Assembly (NCBI GenBank): GCA_013265495.1
Contig: MU057724.1
Span: 1,751,102 to 1,815,101 of the forward strand
Source of the DNA: Vicugna vicugna
Lineage: Eukaryota
Reading direction: 5' to 3'
DNA length: 64,000 bases
Made by a program: the position numbers and the translations under genes. How positions within the stretch are numbered: the stretch's first letter is position 1; each line of letters begins with the position of its first letter. Shown here piece after piece: positions 38,375-51,340 of this stretch. The notes under the pieces are model-generated. The model was not told the origin of the DNA, ran no database searches, and saw nothing but the letters and a program-made list of their open reading frames with translations.

Positions 38375-38570
38375 TGGACAGGCGTGAATTCAAATTTGAG
38401 CTTTGACAGCTCCAAGAGCCAATTACGGAATCTCTCCACACTACTGTTTCTTCACCCGCCAAATGGGACAACAATACCTGCTTTACAGAGTTCCTAGAAG
38501 GATTAGAAAGGATTCAGATGGACAAAGTCCTTACTTACAGTGTCTGGCACATAGCAGCTGTTGGATAAAC
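38375..38570 (+). mobile_element. MIR fragment
   Basis: gtttcttcacc..caaatgggacaacaatacct...aggatt...acagtgtctggcacatag. Confidence 0.62.
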
Positions 38571-41500
38571 TACAACTAATAAATAATAAGGATGATGGTC
38601 GTAATAATAGTCGTTTAACTGGGCTTTTCAACACCAAGACGGAGGCCTCCCCACGCTGTTCCACGTGGAGGTCAGGAGGCAGCTTCCCCCACACACAGGC
38701 CAGCCAGTTCCCTGAGACCCTGACTCGAGGCTCTCGGAACATTTCACTCTGAGTCTATAGCAAACTCTGACTTCACGCGCAGGTTACCGAAAAAGGCTGC
38801 TTCTGGGTCCTAACCCCCACTCCCCGCACCCAGCCGCCAGGCTATTTCTATCAGGCAGTGGGACTGGCAACGTGATATCCTGTTGTTTCTAGGCCTTGTT
38901 CAAGCACAAAACAGACTTTGAACTTTAAACATTTCAAGCAAGTGTCAATTTTTTGTTTTCTTTTAAGGCACACTGCGCATATGCCACTTTGTCTAAACAG
39001 GTGGGGAAAACACCAAAACAAACAACAGAACGCTTGGCAAGCAGCAGCGATCAGGATAAAGGCAGACTCTGTGCGTGTTCCCACCTCCGCTGACGAGAGG
39101 AGGAGGAGGAAAGCTGGGAAGTCACGGAGCTCGGGGCTCAGAGACCGCGGCGAAGCCCAGAGCTCGCTCCTCTGGGCTGCCCATTTCTGCACAGCCCTGA
39201 GCTCACCTCAGGAGCTGGACTAAAGGGAGAAGGTTTGAAGCTGTGGTCCACGTATGTTTTGCAAACTCCTAGTAATTCCAAATGGGGATGAAGGACATTA
39301 TACAAACCTCAGGACCAAGGACAGTGCCAGTATCACAGAGGACTCCTTCACGCGAGCGTTCCCTTAACCACGAGGACCTCCACCGAGCACTGCTATTGCT
39401 AACTTCTCCTCCTGCCTCGGTTCCTCGGGGAGATACTTAGAACACACACAGGCAATTTAGATGGTATAGGTGCGTTGTGTACATGCTGGATTGGAGTTTA
39501 ACAAAGAATTCCTCCTAAGCTCTGCTTTCAGGACCTAGTGGACTGGAGTCTGGGCAGTGATGGGCGATGTTAGCTCTGGGATCTCAGCACGGCGTTGGGG
39601 ACGGGCAGCCGAGGGAGTCTCAGTGTTGGGCAGACGGACGCTCAGGCTGAGAAACTTCAGAAGAAGAGTCTTTGGAACATCTATGCCATCCTTCATTGCT
39701 TTTAGAAGAAGTTCTCTTGCCTCTCTAAGGTCAGCCTCTGCTCCCTTACCTTCCATAAGAGCAGAATTTTGCAAATCATGAATTCAGGTCTCCCCCTAAA
39801 CGTGGAGTCAGATGTGAGCTTGCCCACAGCATTTGCCCTGACAAGTGAGTATAAAGGTAATTTCAAGGCAAGCGTCCTCCAGCTTGGCTTTACCAGGATC
39901 ATGCCCACGCAGGACAGCATGGTCTGCTATTTGTTCTCTCACTGGGCTCTTGAAGCAGCTTCAGAGAAGCTCATTGAGTAAAAGGAGGGACCGGAGGGAG
40001 GGAAGGAAAGCAAGAAGCCCTCCCCGTCTGAGACCTGCCCAAGGTCCCTGCAAAGCCCCCTGCGCCTCCCGAGGCCGGTCACCTCTGGAGACCCAGCTCT
40101 CCACCCGGAATGGCTCTTCCTTCATCCCGCCGTGTCTGCAAGCTCCCTGAAGGCAGGGTCTCTGATGGGCTCTAACCTGTGGCTCGGGCAGCCAAGCACC
40201 TGCAGAGCTAGGGCTGGGACAGCTGAACGCACCTGCCACCCTAGCCCATCAAAAACGCTTCTACGCTCAGCTCTAGAAGGCAAGAGTAGGGGAACCTGAG
40301 TTATCTCTGCATCTTTCTTTCTAAACAGATAACCCGAGAGACCTATGGGTTTGGGTAGCCGAAATAAACACACTAACAGCCGGCCACGGGGAACCACCAA
40401 ATCCTGGTGGAGAGAGGATCAGGCTAGCATGCAGCGTGGACAGGAAGACTGCGTACACTCACTCCCACATTAAGGAAAGGCCACAGAGCAGAGGCCAACG
40501 GGGCGACAGGGCTGGCCATCACCGGGCACTGTTTGATCAGAGACCGCTTTCCAGGGTTAATTACTTTGGCTTTCTCTCTCTCTCTTTTTTTTCCTGCACA
40601 ATAATTACCTTTTTTGTGGTTTCAGGAATTTATGAGTTTCTTTTTTATATTCAGAAAATAGGATCCAACCAGGCAAGAATTTCTCACAAATTGTGACAGT
40701 TGTGTGGAAATGTGCGTCTTGAAGAGGGCTCCGTACAAAGTGACTTTCCTGGGTGCCAGAGGGAGCCTATTTCAACAACCACCACGTCCAAGGAGACAAT
40801 TCTTGTGGGAAAACGATTTTTGAAACTGCCCGCATCGCTGACTCCTCCTAAAAGCCGGTCGCAGGTGCGCTGTCTCCTCCACGCTCACCGCCACATCAGC
40901 GGTGTGGCTCCTGCAGGGGGAACCTGTCGGCTCTTTGGGGGCTGAGATGAGCAGAGGGGTTCCTGTCCCTGATGGCGGGCGTGTCTGCTTCACAGAGCAA
41001 CCCCTTCACCCGGGGCGCTCCCAAGAGGAGCTGAAGTACACACAGCAAGTCTGCTGTTTGAATTTTTGAAATGTGCTGTTTTAAGTCACTTTTCCGACCA
41101 GAAATGCATTTTAAAAAGAGAAGAACATCTTTTCTTCATTTGAGTCTCTGTTTGTCTTCAGCGATTAACAGGACGTGGAGAAGGTAAAGATTAGAGGCAG
41201 AATTCTGAGAAACTAAAAAGTATCTACCCGTGCAGACGGAAAGCCTCCGTTTCACAACCATTTCCTCAAGTAATTTAAGCGGCATTAATCGTCATCACAC
41301 TGGCACTTTTATTCTTAGGGGAACAGCCTCAACAAACAAATAATAAAGCACCAAGAAAGAAGATAGCTCAGTATTTTTCAACTCACTGCATATTAGAACA
41401 TCCCTTTAGAAAAGAGAAATTCACTCAGGCTTTTAAAAATGAGTTTGAAAAATCACCAAAGTTCCATATGAAAGGACCCTACAACATTCGTTTATGCAAG

Positions 41501-42781
41501 TAATTTCTGTGATTGAATTCCTGTGATTTTGGCCAGCTTGGCAGTTTCTTTATATTTTTTAGGCAACGTGTTTTTCTTTAAGAACCTTATTGGTTTAAAA
41601 ATTGTTTTTGAGTGGTTTTTGGCCACCGACTCTTCCTGGCGTTCAGTTGGCTCAGACTTGTCCAGAAGCTAATTCTGATTCTTCTGTCAAATGCTCGATG
41701 CCCCTGCGGTCCCTGCTGTCCCGGAGGCCTGGCACAGCGCAGGTGAGCAGCTGACCACCCCAGGAACGGGCTGTGCTTAGACGGCGGGGGCAGGAGCCTG
41801 TGCTCGCTGAGTTTCAGGTTACAGTTTCACCCAGAGGCTCGTCCCCGAAAGGGAGGGGAAAATTTCTTCTCCAAATAAGCCTGGCTCTCTATTTCAGCTG
41901 GCTCCAGCCATCTAGGTAGGAAAACAATTTCTTTTAACAGCCCTCTGTGTAGCCCTGCGTTCCCAGCGCCGGCCGCCTGCAGGAGGCTCTCACACTCCCC
42001 CTGAGGGTCATGGTTACTTGGAAGCATGACGGCCCCCTCCTCAACCAGCAAGGACAAAGGATCTTTGGTTTTATTTCCATCAAGGTGTCATCAACACGAT
42101 GTCACCTTCTCAATGTTAGTCGGGAAGGAGAGGTTATTAGAGAAAAGTGATGAATTTCATGAGCTCCCGAGAGTGAGGGGTCTTCATACACTTCACAGAA
42201 CGGATTTCTGGATTTCAGCTGGGGCCTTGAGTTCTCAAGACCCCCCCACGAGTCATCTCTTATTGACTGAACATACCTGGTTTTACAACGCATCCTTCGA
42301 GAAGGCTACAGCAACACGGACCAGCTTACAGGATACAGTAGCAACGTGCACAATAATGACATTTCATGGATTTTGCCAACATTTTGCACACTGCTGTTGA
42401 CTTGGACGTGTCCTACCATCTTAGATTCACAGACAGTGAATGGCTTCTGTTGTTCAGATTGATTCCAATGACAACCCTCTGTCCTCTTGTGCCAATGTCC
42501 CCAACACAGAAGGAGGTCTGGGCTCTATCGACATTCCCAGCCAGCCTCCATCACCACCTCTCCCCCAGCCTGGGTGCACACACAGCCTGCAGCACAGCCA
42601 CTCTCCCCCTCTCCCCAAATCCACCACACTCATCCCTGTCTGCCTTTTTCTGAGTCTCTTCCCAAGATAAGGGGGTGGGGGGCGTGTGGTGGGGGTGGCA
42701 CGCATGGCTAGGATCATGAAAGGCAGTTTACTCTCCCAGTTCAGTCTCTGGCCCACCCTCCGGGCTCTTGGACCAGCCTAC

Positions 42782-42990
42782 CTTGGCATGCAGACCCTGT
42801 GGTTTGCTGGAGAGGATGTCTGCGGCCTCCCTGCAGCGGGTGGAGAGGTTCAGGATGGCAGCTGCTGCCACGTGGGTGTCTTCCCCGCGCTGACCGTAGC
42901 TATATGAGCTGGCACGCCGTGGACTCTGTGTGTGGGCGCCTGCACTAGGCAGTCGATTAGGAAATTTCCCTGCATTGGAAAAATGCTTCA
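42782..42990 (-). CDS. ST18: ST18 exon, 209 nt: KHFSNAGKFPNRLPS...AAAAILNLSTRCRE...LHAK
   Basis: Acceptor tcttcaacag|TG, donor CAAG|gtaggc. AAAAILNLSTRC motif. Confidence 0.96.
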
Positions 42991-45199
42991 CTGTTGAAGA
43001 GAGATTTGATTAGCAATTGCATGGACATGGATGTAGTCATTAAACAGATTTGTTTTAAAGATATAACTTCTTGCATTAAAATATGTGAAGAATAAATTAA
43101 AACCCACTCCATTATCCATGAGTACGTTAAATGAAGGTTATTCAGACTGGTTTTCACAGAAGGTCATAGATCAAATGATGTGATTGCTGGGAAAGAATGC
43201 CTATTCTCTTAATATTTTTTTGTATTTACACTTCTTATGACAAAACCTCCGTAACTAATGTTACCAGACAGGTGCACTGGCAGTATTGGTGGCAAAAACT
43301 GTAGATTACAAAAACACGCTGGCAAAACCGATCAGGGGCCAGAGAGGCTTGAGGCTCGTACATCTGCAAACGGTGTGCGAGGACCAGCAGTTCCAGCAGA
43401 AAAGCATCCTTTCCATATCTGTTTTCACAGTAGCAATTTATACTTAGACATGGAATGGCATTTTTGCTATTTGGTACACAAGTTTGTTTTGTGCTTAAAT
43501 CCCTGGGTATTGTTCTTCACCCAATTCGATGGAACTAAGTAGCTGGGAGCATCTTTAGCAAGCTGGCATTTTCATGCTCAGGTACAGGGCGGAGCACGTG
43601 TTCTCAAGGTGAACCCAAAGTCACCTGAGCTGTCAAGGCTGAGTCCTGCTTTACGTGCCTGTCGTGGGCGCCAAGGCATTGCTGAGAGAGGGAATTAAAC
43701 GTGCATTCTTCACTCCGGGTGTTTGTAAACATCACTCAGGGCCCAGGAGACACACCCAAGATTTAATGTGGGCTAACAGAAAAGCGTTTAGCTATTCGAC
43801 TGTAAATAGCATTTAGTTTAAATATTTAATCATTCTTTTTCTTAAAACAGTTTAAAACATTACCAGATGTTATTCCTGTAGTTGAAAAAATATGAAAATG
43901 TCACTGAACGTTTTCCACTTTTAAATCAATATCCACGTTCCGTGAGCGTGCAGAATATTCGTGTTAACTAGCTTCACCTGAATTAAACCAAAAGGAATGT
44001 GTGTTTATCTTGTGTATACACAATAAAACCGTATGTGTGTGTATATACAGGTACACATCTGTATTTGTGCAGATAGATACAAAATATTGTGTGCAGACAT
44101 TTTTTCTTCTTGAATCTAACAGGTTGTCGGAGGCTATTCATGTCGGCTAGCCCCTATTTTTAGCAAGAAGAGGTGAAACATCTTTTGGAGTATAATGTGC
44201 TTCTGGTTGACGGACACGCTCCTTTCAAGTCTGCTTCTCCACCGTGAGGTTTCATATGACATTCCAGTTCTTTGAAAAAGGTGATTCTCATCACAGAAGG
44301 AGGCACGTACCCGGTGTTCCTAAGGGCACTGAGTCTAGGTAACCACACCTGAGAACAAAGACGTTCCACGGGTTCGTACAACGTGGTAAAAAATTCACAA
44401 TCTAAGGAGGATTCAAACTGGGAGATCCTTTTGCTTCTTCCCTCCAGTTAAGTCACGATAACGCAGCATCGTGTCTGGGTTTGTTCCCAGCACTCACTTT
44501 CTCACCTTTCCGTTAGAATATTCATGGACTGGACAGCCGAGGAAAGGTGTCAGTGAAAACGCCAGGGTTCATGGGCTACGGCGTCTGCATCACAGCCGTC
44601 TGTGCGGACGCGCTAGCTCTGAGGGCGCCACGTTGAGAACGTCTCCGTATTGATCCTTAAACTCGGGCTGACAGCCTCCACAGCCACGCACGTTCTTCTT
44701 TCCCAGTAAAATCTTGATTCTTGATTGTGAGTTTCTTTTCAGACTTTCCCTTTTTCTAACACCTTCAGTCTGAACTCTTTGGCAGAGGTAAGCAATATTT
44801 TAAGCAGTATTCTAATATTTCATTGATTAAATTTCTGTAATTTGAACATGAATCCAAATCACTGTATTATAATAGCAATTGCAGTTTTCAGTGTATTAAT
44901 CCCAATTCTGGCTAAATGGGAATTAAATATTTCTTTGGAATTACCGTACTTAAATTCAACAAGGGCACCATATTTGCAGAATAATTGATCCATTAACTCT
45001 TCACCATGTTCGGGGTAACTTCAGGTAAAATCAGTAATGCTGATTAACTCATTACAGTTACTCCTATTTTATTTCACTGTGCGACACGCTCCCTCCTCTC
45101 AGTGAGGGGTACACACACACACAGAGAAGTACGCGCCTCGCCCAGCACACACACACAGGACGCGTTTTCGGGGAATACGTGTTAGCCCTCGAAGCTTAC

Positions 45200-45393
45200 A
45201 TTCGGGAAACGGTGGTGTTTTTCGTCCTTGACCTGTTTGTACCAGGGGCCGTTTACCAAACACCTGGGCATCGAAACTGGCATAATCGAAAGGTACTTTT
45301 CCAAACTTCTCTTGCTCTTTTGACCCGGTGGCTCTGGGAGAGGCGATGGCTTGTGACCGGAAATTGAATTCGATTTGCTTGACCAAGCTTATC
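45200..45393 (-). CDS. ST18: ST18 exon, 194 nt: ISLVKQIEFNFRSQAIASPR...FDYASFDAQVFGKR...KTPPFPE
   Basis: Acceptor ctctccag|G, donor GAAT|gtaagc. MYT1-domain motif FDYASFDAQVFGKR. Confidence 0.96.
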
Positions 45394-45419
45394 CTGGAGA
45401 GGGAGGGGCAGAGTCGAAA

Positions 45420-45800
45420 AGACAGGATGAACTGCTGGTGAGCGAACCGGCAGCAGCAGCCGAAGCAGGCGGGACGGTCGCGCCCGGCGGTGCCACAGAG
45501 ACGCGCGCTCGCGTGGGAAGGAGCGGTGGCCACCGCGGGGCGGGGTGGAGGGAGGGGCGGGGGCACGCGGGGCCGCGAGGCGCGCGTCTGAGCGTCCTGC
45601 CAGCGGAGGCGGACGCGCGGGCCTCCGAGCGTCCCACGCGGGGGCCGCAGGGAGCGGGCGCTCAGCGCCGTTAGCTCCCCGAGCGCCCTGCAGGAACGTG
45701 TCACGGACCGTCTTCAGGGCGCCGATAAGGGGTGCACGTTCTGCTGGCTGGGACTGTGGATCCGAGCAGCGGGGCGAGGCCACGGGGGTAACGAACGGGG
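45420..45800. promoter_or_regulatory. Intragenic CpG-dense GC peak
   Basis: Dense CpG/GCGC tract abutting the acceptor of exon 45200-45393. Confidence 0.6.
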
Positions 45801-46257
45801 GGGAATGTCATTATGCTCTGTTCAGCAGAGCTGGCGGGGCCCTGACGGCACCAGGAGCTCGATTTCAGAATGTGAATTTCTTCCCAGGCTTTTCACCTTT
45901 TCCCCCACCTCCAGACTGCATTTTTTTTTACTGCTTTAAGTCCTATTTTAAACAGCATTTCAATATTTTACCTATTAAATTGCCAGAGTTTTGATTAATA
46001 TATCTCATCGCATCTTTTGTATCTTTTATGTTCACCTACATGATGTTACCTCTGCACTGCAGGTGAGTTTTAAGGTAAACTTCCGGAGGGTCTAGTAGTT
46101 CACTGACAGCACGATGAAGGGGTCCAGTCTCCCCAGTGGACATTGGCGGCTGTGCATTGGGACAAGGGAGCCCATGGCGAGTGGCATGTGGTGGGTGAGG
46201 GACCCTCTGCGTAGGAACACTGCCTGCAGGAATTGGACGCGCCCTGGGACACCCTAC

Positions 46258-46362
46258 CTGTGAGTCTGCTCAGGACACTGCCCAGTTTGCGGAGAATCTA
46301 GCTGACTCTTGTCCTGGGACATCGCCAATTTTTCAGCTGCAGCAATTGGACAACCAGAAAGA
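46258..46362 (-). CDS. ST18: ST18 exon, 105 nt: (S)LSGCPIAAAEKLAMSQDKSQLDSPQTGQCPEQTH(R)
   Basis: Acceptor ttttaaaaacag|T, donor ACAG|gtaggg. Completes finger 2. Confidence 0.96.
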
Positions 46363-47328
46363 CTGTTTTTAAAAAAAAGTGGGAGAATTTGAGTTACAAA
46401 GAGAACGTAATTTGCTTTGGCACATACCTCACGGCATACTTGGCACTCACCAAATGTTAAGTCGTGTTAATAGTTCACTTAGCACCATTCTCGTATGAAA
46501 AGATCCCAAAGGGTTTTGCAAACTACTGCGTCAACATTTGTCCCACAAACTCGTCTCAGAGGTGATAAATAAAAAACTAATTTAAAATCAAAATATGACT
46601 AAATTACTTGGAAACTTTATACTAATTTAAGTAGAATACGTTCATCCAACTGCAGTTGTCCAACTTTAGATGTAGCGCAATAATTCCACGAGATCTTAGG
46701 ATCTTTTGCAAAATGTTAGGGACATAATTTTACATCTTAGTTTAAGTGGAGAGTACAGACTATGAGGTTTTCAGGTAATATGTTTATGAGTGAGCTTGAG
46801 TCTCTCATGACCACATAATCTATACATAACACACACAAAACAATACGCATGTTCGCGGAAATATTTACTTGTACACAATACATTTATGTATAAATGCACA
46901 TATGTGCTCTAAGTTAGTTGCCATCTCAGTGAAATGAATCCCGGCGAAATGGGATGGTGTTTACCTTCAGCAACTGGGAGGCGCTTTGGTTCCTTTCTAA
47001 TGCTCATTGGATGAGATTCAAGATAACCCCTAAGCAACTCTTTTCACGCCAAACAGCCCTGGGGAGGTTCAGAGCCGCGAACAAGCTCTCTGTGTATCGC
47101 TATATGAGCATCTACCCCAGTCTTCAAATATATCGTTCCTTGTTGGCATACTTGGCTGCTAGGTGAAGACTTCTACGGAAGTAAATAACAAGGTTTTTTT
47201 TTCCCACTCTGCGCACACTGAGACTACTTCTTATCTGTGTCAGGCGCTACCGTATTTGACAGTGATCCAGCAACTGATAACACATGGTGAGTTCCGTGTC
47301 TCCGAGGTGGACGCGTCTCAGCCCATTA

Positions 47329-47493
<165 letters not shown>

Positions 47494-48872
47494 TCACTCG
47501 GCGTTCCAATGAATTTAGCACACAATCCACCGTGCCCCCGCCCCACAGGTACTCGGGTGGAAATTAACAAACACTTGAGAAGTTCACAAATTAAATTCAG
47601 CAAGCTCGTTTCAGTTTTAATTTCTCTAAACCTCATGGATGGTTAACGCTGGACTTAAACGAGACTTTTTCTGCTTTTATTTAACTTAAACCGAAAAGCT
47701 CCCAACCTTCCTTGTGTATTGACTTCCTTCTCCCTGGGGGTGGACAGAGGGCGCTATTTGTCAAACAGCTCTGTCTGTTCCCCACCGCATGGAGTCTGCA
47801 TGGAGTCTCCTACATCTCCTAGGAGATTTTATTTTGATTCTTTGACCACAACCCCCAAGTCACCACCCCGCTGCCTTCGGCTGTACGTGAAAGAGCTGGG
47901 TGGACACTCAGGTAATCCCTTTGATCTGGGCGGTTCAGAAAGGACTGGATTCAGTGATTTGCAGAACCGTGCTTTTGAGAAGGGTGACACTGAGACACCC
48001 CTCTCCCTGTGGCTGGTGTGACCCGATAGGACTTTAAATAACTGGGTTCAGTAAGTAGAGGATGTGACGTGCGGATATTTCAAAATGCAGGAGCAGCCCC
48101 GCCGTCTCTTTCTCCTCCAGTCTCTCAGCTCCCAGCAGGGCTGCCGTGAAGAGACCAACCCAGACTGGTCCTTGCTCAGGGCCCTCAGGCGACATCACAG
48201 ACACCACGTGTCCCTGTGCGCAGAGGGGAGGCAGGAGGACAGGTGGGGACGTGACTCACGCCCTGTGTCAGAGGAGGCACTGAGGCCTCGGATGAGACAG
48301 GACCTGCTATCTCCTGGATTCTAATGCTTTGATATCGGGCCTCCTGGAGACACCCCCCCCCAAGGGCTTGCTCATTCCTAGAGGTAGTGAATGCTTTGCA
48401 AATGCAAACTTTTCAGTTCAGAGCCCATACCTGCCTGCCTCCTCTGCAGGGTGTCACCCTTCAGGACACTCTCCAGCTGCCCTAACCCCTGGGGCCAGGT
48501 CCCAGCCAGCCACAGACAGCCCCACGCCCCAGGGCCCCCTGAAGGACCTCCCACTAGCCAATCCGGGACCTGTTACTCTGTTCCTTTCCAGGGAACCACA
48601 GCGAAGGCTCTTGCCCCCAGTGCTCCCCTCCCGGCCTGAGGTGCCACCCTTTCTTGGGGCCCGTGAGTAAGTAGCAAATGATCTTCTCAATGTCAGCTGT
48701 CTCCTGATCTACCAGCCTGACTGTACCCCAAGTCTTCTATTAACACAGCATGTTTTAAAAACCCGGCTCAACAGAAATGGTCTTGACACACAGAGCAAAC
48801 ACTCTGGACGTCCATGGGTCACACCGTGGATGTACAAGCAGCCCCCTCCTCTCGGGGACGGGCGGTACTCAC

Positions 48873-49007
48873 TCTCCAGGGGGACCCGCACTTTGTGGGG
48901 GCACCCCGAAAGGCTGCGGTGGTGGGGGTACAGCCCCGTCACGTGCCCTGTGCCGTCGCACCCGGGGATGGGGCACCTGGTCTCCCTCTTTTCAGGCCTC
49001 GGTGAAT
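48873..49007 (-). CDS. ST18: ST18 exon, 135 nt, zinc finger 1: (H)[44 protein letters not shown]
   Basis: Acceptor cctccgtag|AT, donor GAGA|gtgagt. Complete C2HC finger. Confidence 0.97.
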
Positions 49008-49566
49008 CTACGGAGGAATTAAATCACAAGAATCATCTGGTCACTGCGCTTTCCCTCCCACCCCGCGGAGTGGCCCTGCAGGCGATCTCCTAGCTCTGCT
49101 CAGCTTTCTCATCATAAACATTCTCCCCATGTTGCCTTGAACAAGACCCTCAATGAAGGCCTGTGGAAGCATAGAAACTGTGTTGCATCCTCTTGGTCTC
49201 CTCAGCCAAGCTGACACAGGGCGGGATGGGGGGGGGCACAGAGAGGGTTCAAGCTGTCGTGTCACAAAGTGTAGTCAGAGCTTCGTGATGAAAAGTCAGC
49301 CCTGTACCAGAGGACGAGTAGGGTCCGGAAAAGAAAAAACACAGTGAAAAAGAAACAATTTGTTTAAACCAAAACTATCTCCTAGAGGAAGAATCTGGAA
49401 AAAGCCAGATTCACAACTGCACAGTGAAGAAGCCACTGTATTTGAGGGGGGCCAGCTGGCCTGTCCAGGGGTCCTGGCTGCAGGGGATCCTGGTTCTGGG
49501 TTCAAGTGGCTGCTCCTGGTCATGTGGGGACAAGACTTAGGACGCGAGTCAAGAATGCCACCTCTC

Positions 49567-50400
49567 AATGCAAATCACAACTACCATGAGGTGTCACCTC
49601 ACACCAGCCAGAATGGCCATTATCAAAAAGTCCATGAACAATAAATGCTGGAGAGGGTGTGGAAAAGAGGTACCCTCCTAGACTACTGGTGGGAATGCAG
49701 TTTGGTGCAGCTGCTATAGAAAACAATATGGAGATTCCTCAAAAGACTAAAAATAGACCTAACCTATGATCCAGCAATCCCCCTCCTGGGCACGTATCTG
49801 GAGGGAACTCTAATTCAAAAAGACAAGCACCCCAATGTTCACAGCAGCACTATTTACAACAGCCAAGACATGGAAGCAACCTAAGTGTCCATCAAAGGAT
49901 GACTGGATAAAGACGCTGTGGTGTTATTTATACAACCTGCTACTACTGAGCCATAAAACAGAATGAAATAATGCCATCTGCAGCAACATGGATGGACCCG
50001 GAGATTGTCAAAGTGAAGTAAGTCAGAAAGAGAAAGAAAAATGCCATATGATGTCACGCAAATGTGTAATCTAAAAAAGGAAAAAGATGCAAATGAACTT
50101 GTTTACGAAACAGAAACAGACTCACAGACATAGAGAACAAGCTTATGGTTACCAGGGGAGAAGGGGGTGGTGAGGGATAAATTAGGAGTCCGAGACTTGC
50201 AGATACTGACTACTCTATATAAAACAGATACACAACAAGCTTCTTCTGTACAGCACAGGGAACGATATTCAGTATCTTGTAGCCCATAGTGAGAAAGAAT
50301 ATGAACAGGAATATATGCATGTACATGTGTGACTGAAACATGACGCTGTGACCAGAAGCGGACACACTGTAACTGACTACACCTCAATAAAGAAAAAAAG
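49567..50400 (+). mobile_element. 5'-truncated L1 (ORF2 C-terminal remnant, 3' UTR, A tail) with 14-bp TSD
   Basis: atgcaaatc..accatgag..tcacctcacacca..agaatggccattatcaaaaag..aataaatgctggagagggtgtgga is the L1 ORF2 3' region. TSD gaatgccacctctc (49553-49566) / gaatgccatctctc (50402-50415). Confidence 0.93.
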
Positions 50401-50929
50401 GGAATGCCATCTCTCGCCAGGCCCGACCAGTGCGCAGCGGTGCAGAGGCCCGAGGCGCCGAGACCCCAGTGGCTTCCTGCTTTGGCTCAGTCCGCAGTAA
50501 CGACGGAGAAGCTACCGATTTCACTCTGGAAGCAGAAACTGAAGGCAGAGGCAGAGGCTTGGCGGGGACACATCCTGGCGGGGACTCCCAGGGACTGGAA
50601 GGACACGGACTGGAGGCCGCCGTGAGGGGGCGGGAGGGCGCTGCGTCCCCGGGGCAGTCCCGCGGAGGAAAGGGACACCTTGTCACACATTCTGCCGGGC
50701 TGCCCGGGACGGCAGCCTAGAGGGGGAAGACTGACACAAGCCCGCGTTTTAATTGCTGGCACACACATCGCGGAGGGTTAGATAAATGTTACAGAAATAT
50801 GCAAAATAAGTGAAGATGAACATACTTCACACTGGTGACTGAGCTGGTAGGTAAAACAGAAATGCAGTCTTAGAGCCAAAACTGCCCCCCCGAACTCGTG
50901 CATCAAACGCCAACGCCAGTCACTGGGGC

Positions 50930-51340
50930 CAGCCTGTCCCTCCCTCCCGGGGCGTCCAGGGGACCCAGGGCCTCCGAGGAAGGACCGGCGTGGGGCGGAG
51001 GAGGCCGCCGGCAGCCCAGGACGCGCAGCATCAGGCACCAGGACGCCGAGAGCGAACGTCGCTCATCCGCACACGCCCGCGGCAAGAGGGCCGCGAGGCT
51101 GCCCGGCCCGCGAGCTCCGGCTCCGCGCGGGGCACCGGGAGCCGGGCGTCGCCACCGGGCGCGACAGGCGTCTCCGGGGCAGAAAGCTGCAAGGAGCAGG
51201 CGCGGCGCCGCGCCGCCCGGGGCCGGAAGTAACGCGACTACGAGGGGCGTGGTTTCGGAAGGGGCGGAGCCAAGGGCCCCTCACGTGCCCTGCAGGGCGG
51301 GCGGGGTCGGCAGGGAGACGCCGGTCGTGCGAGTGGGAGC
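50930..51340. promoter_or_regulatory. Intragenic CpG island with promoter-type motifs
   Basis: CCGGAAGT (ETS) at 51223-51230, GGGGCGTGG at 51244-51252, GGGGCGGAGC (Sp1) at 51261-51270, CACGTG at 51282-51287. Confidence 0.55.
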
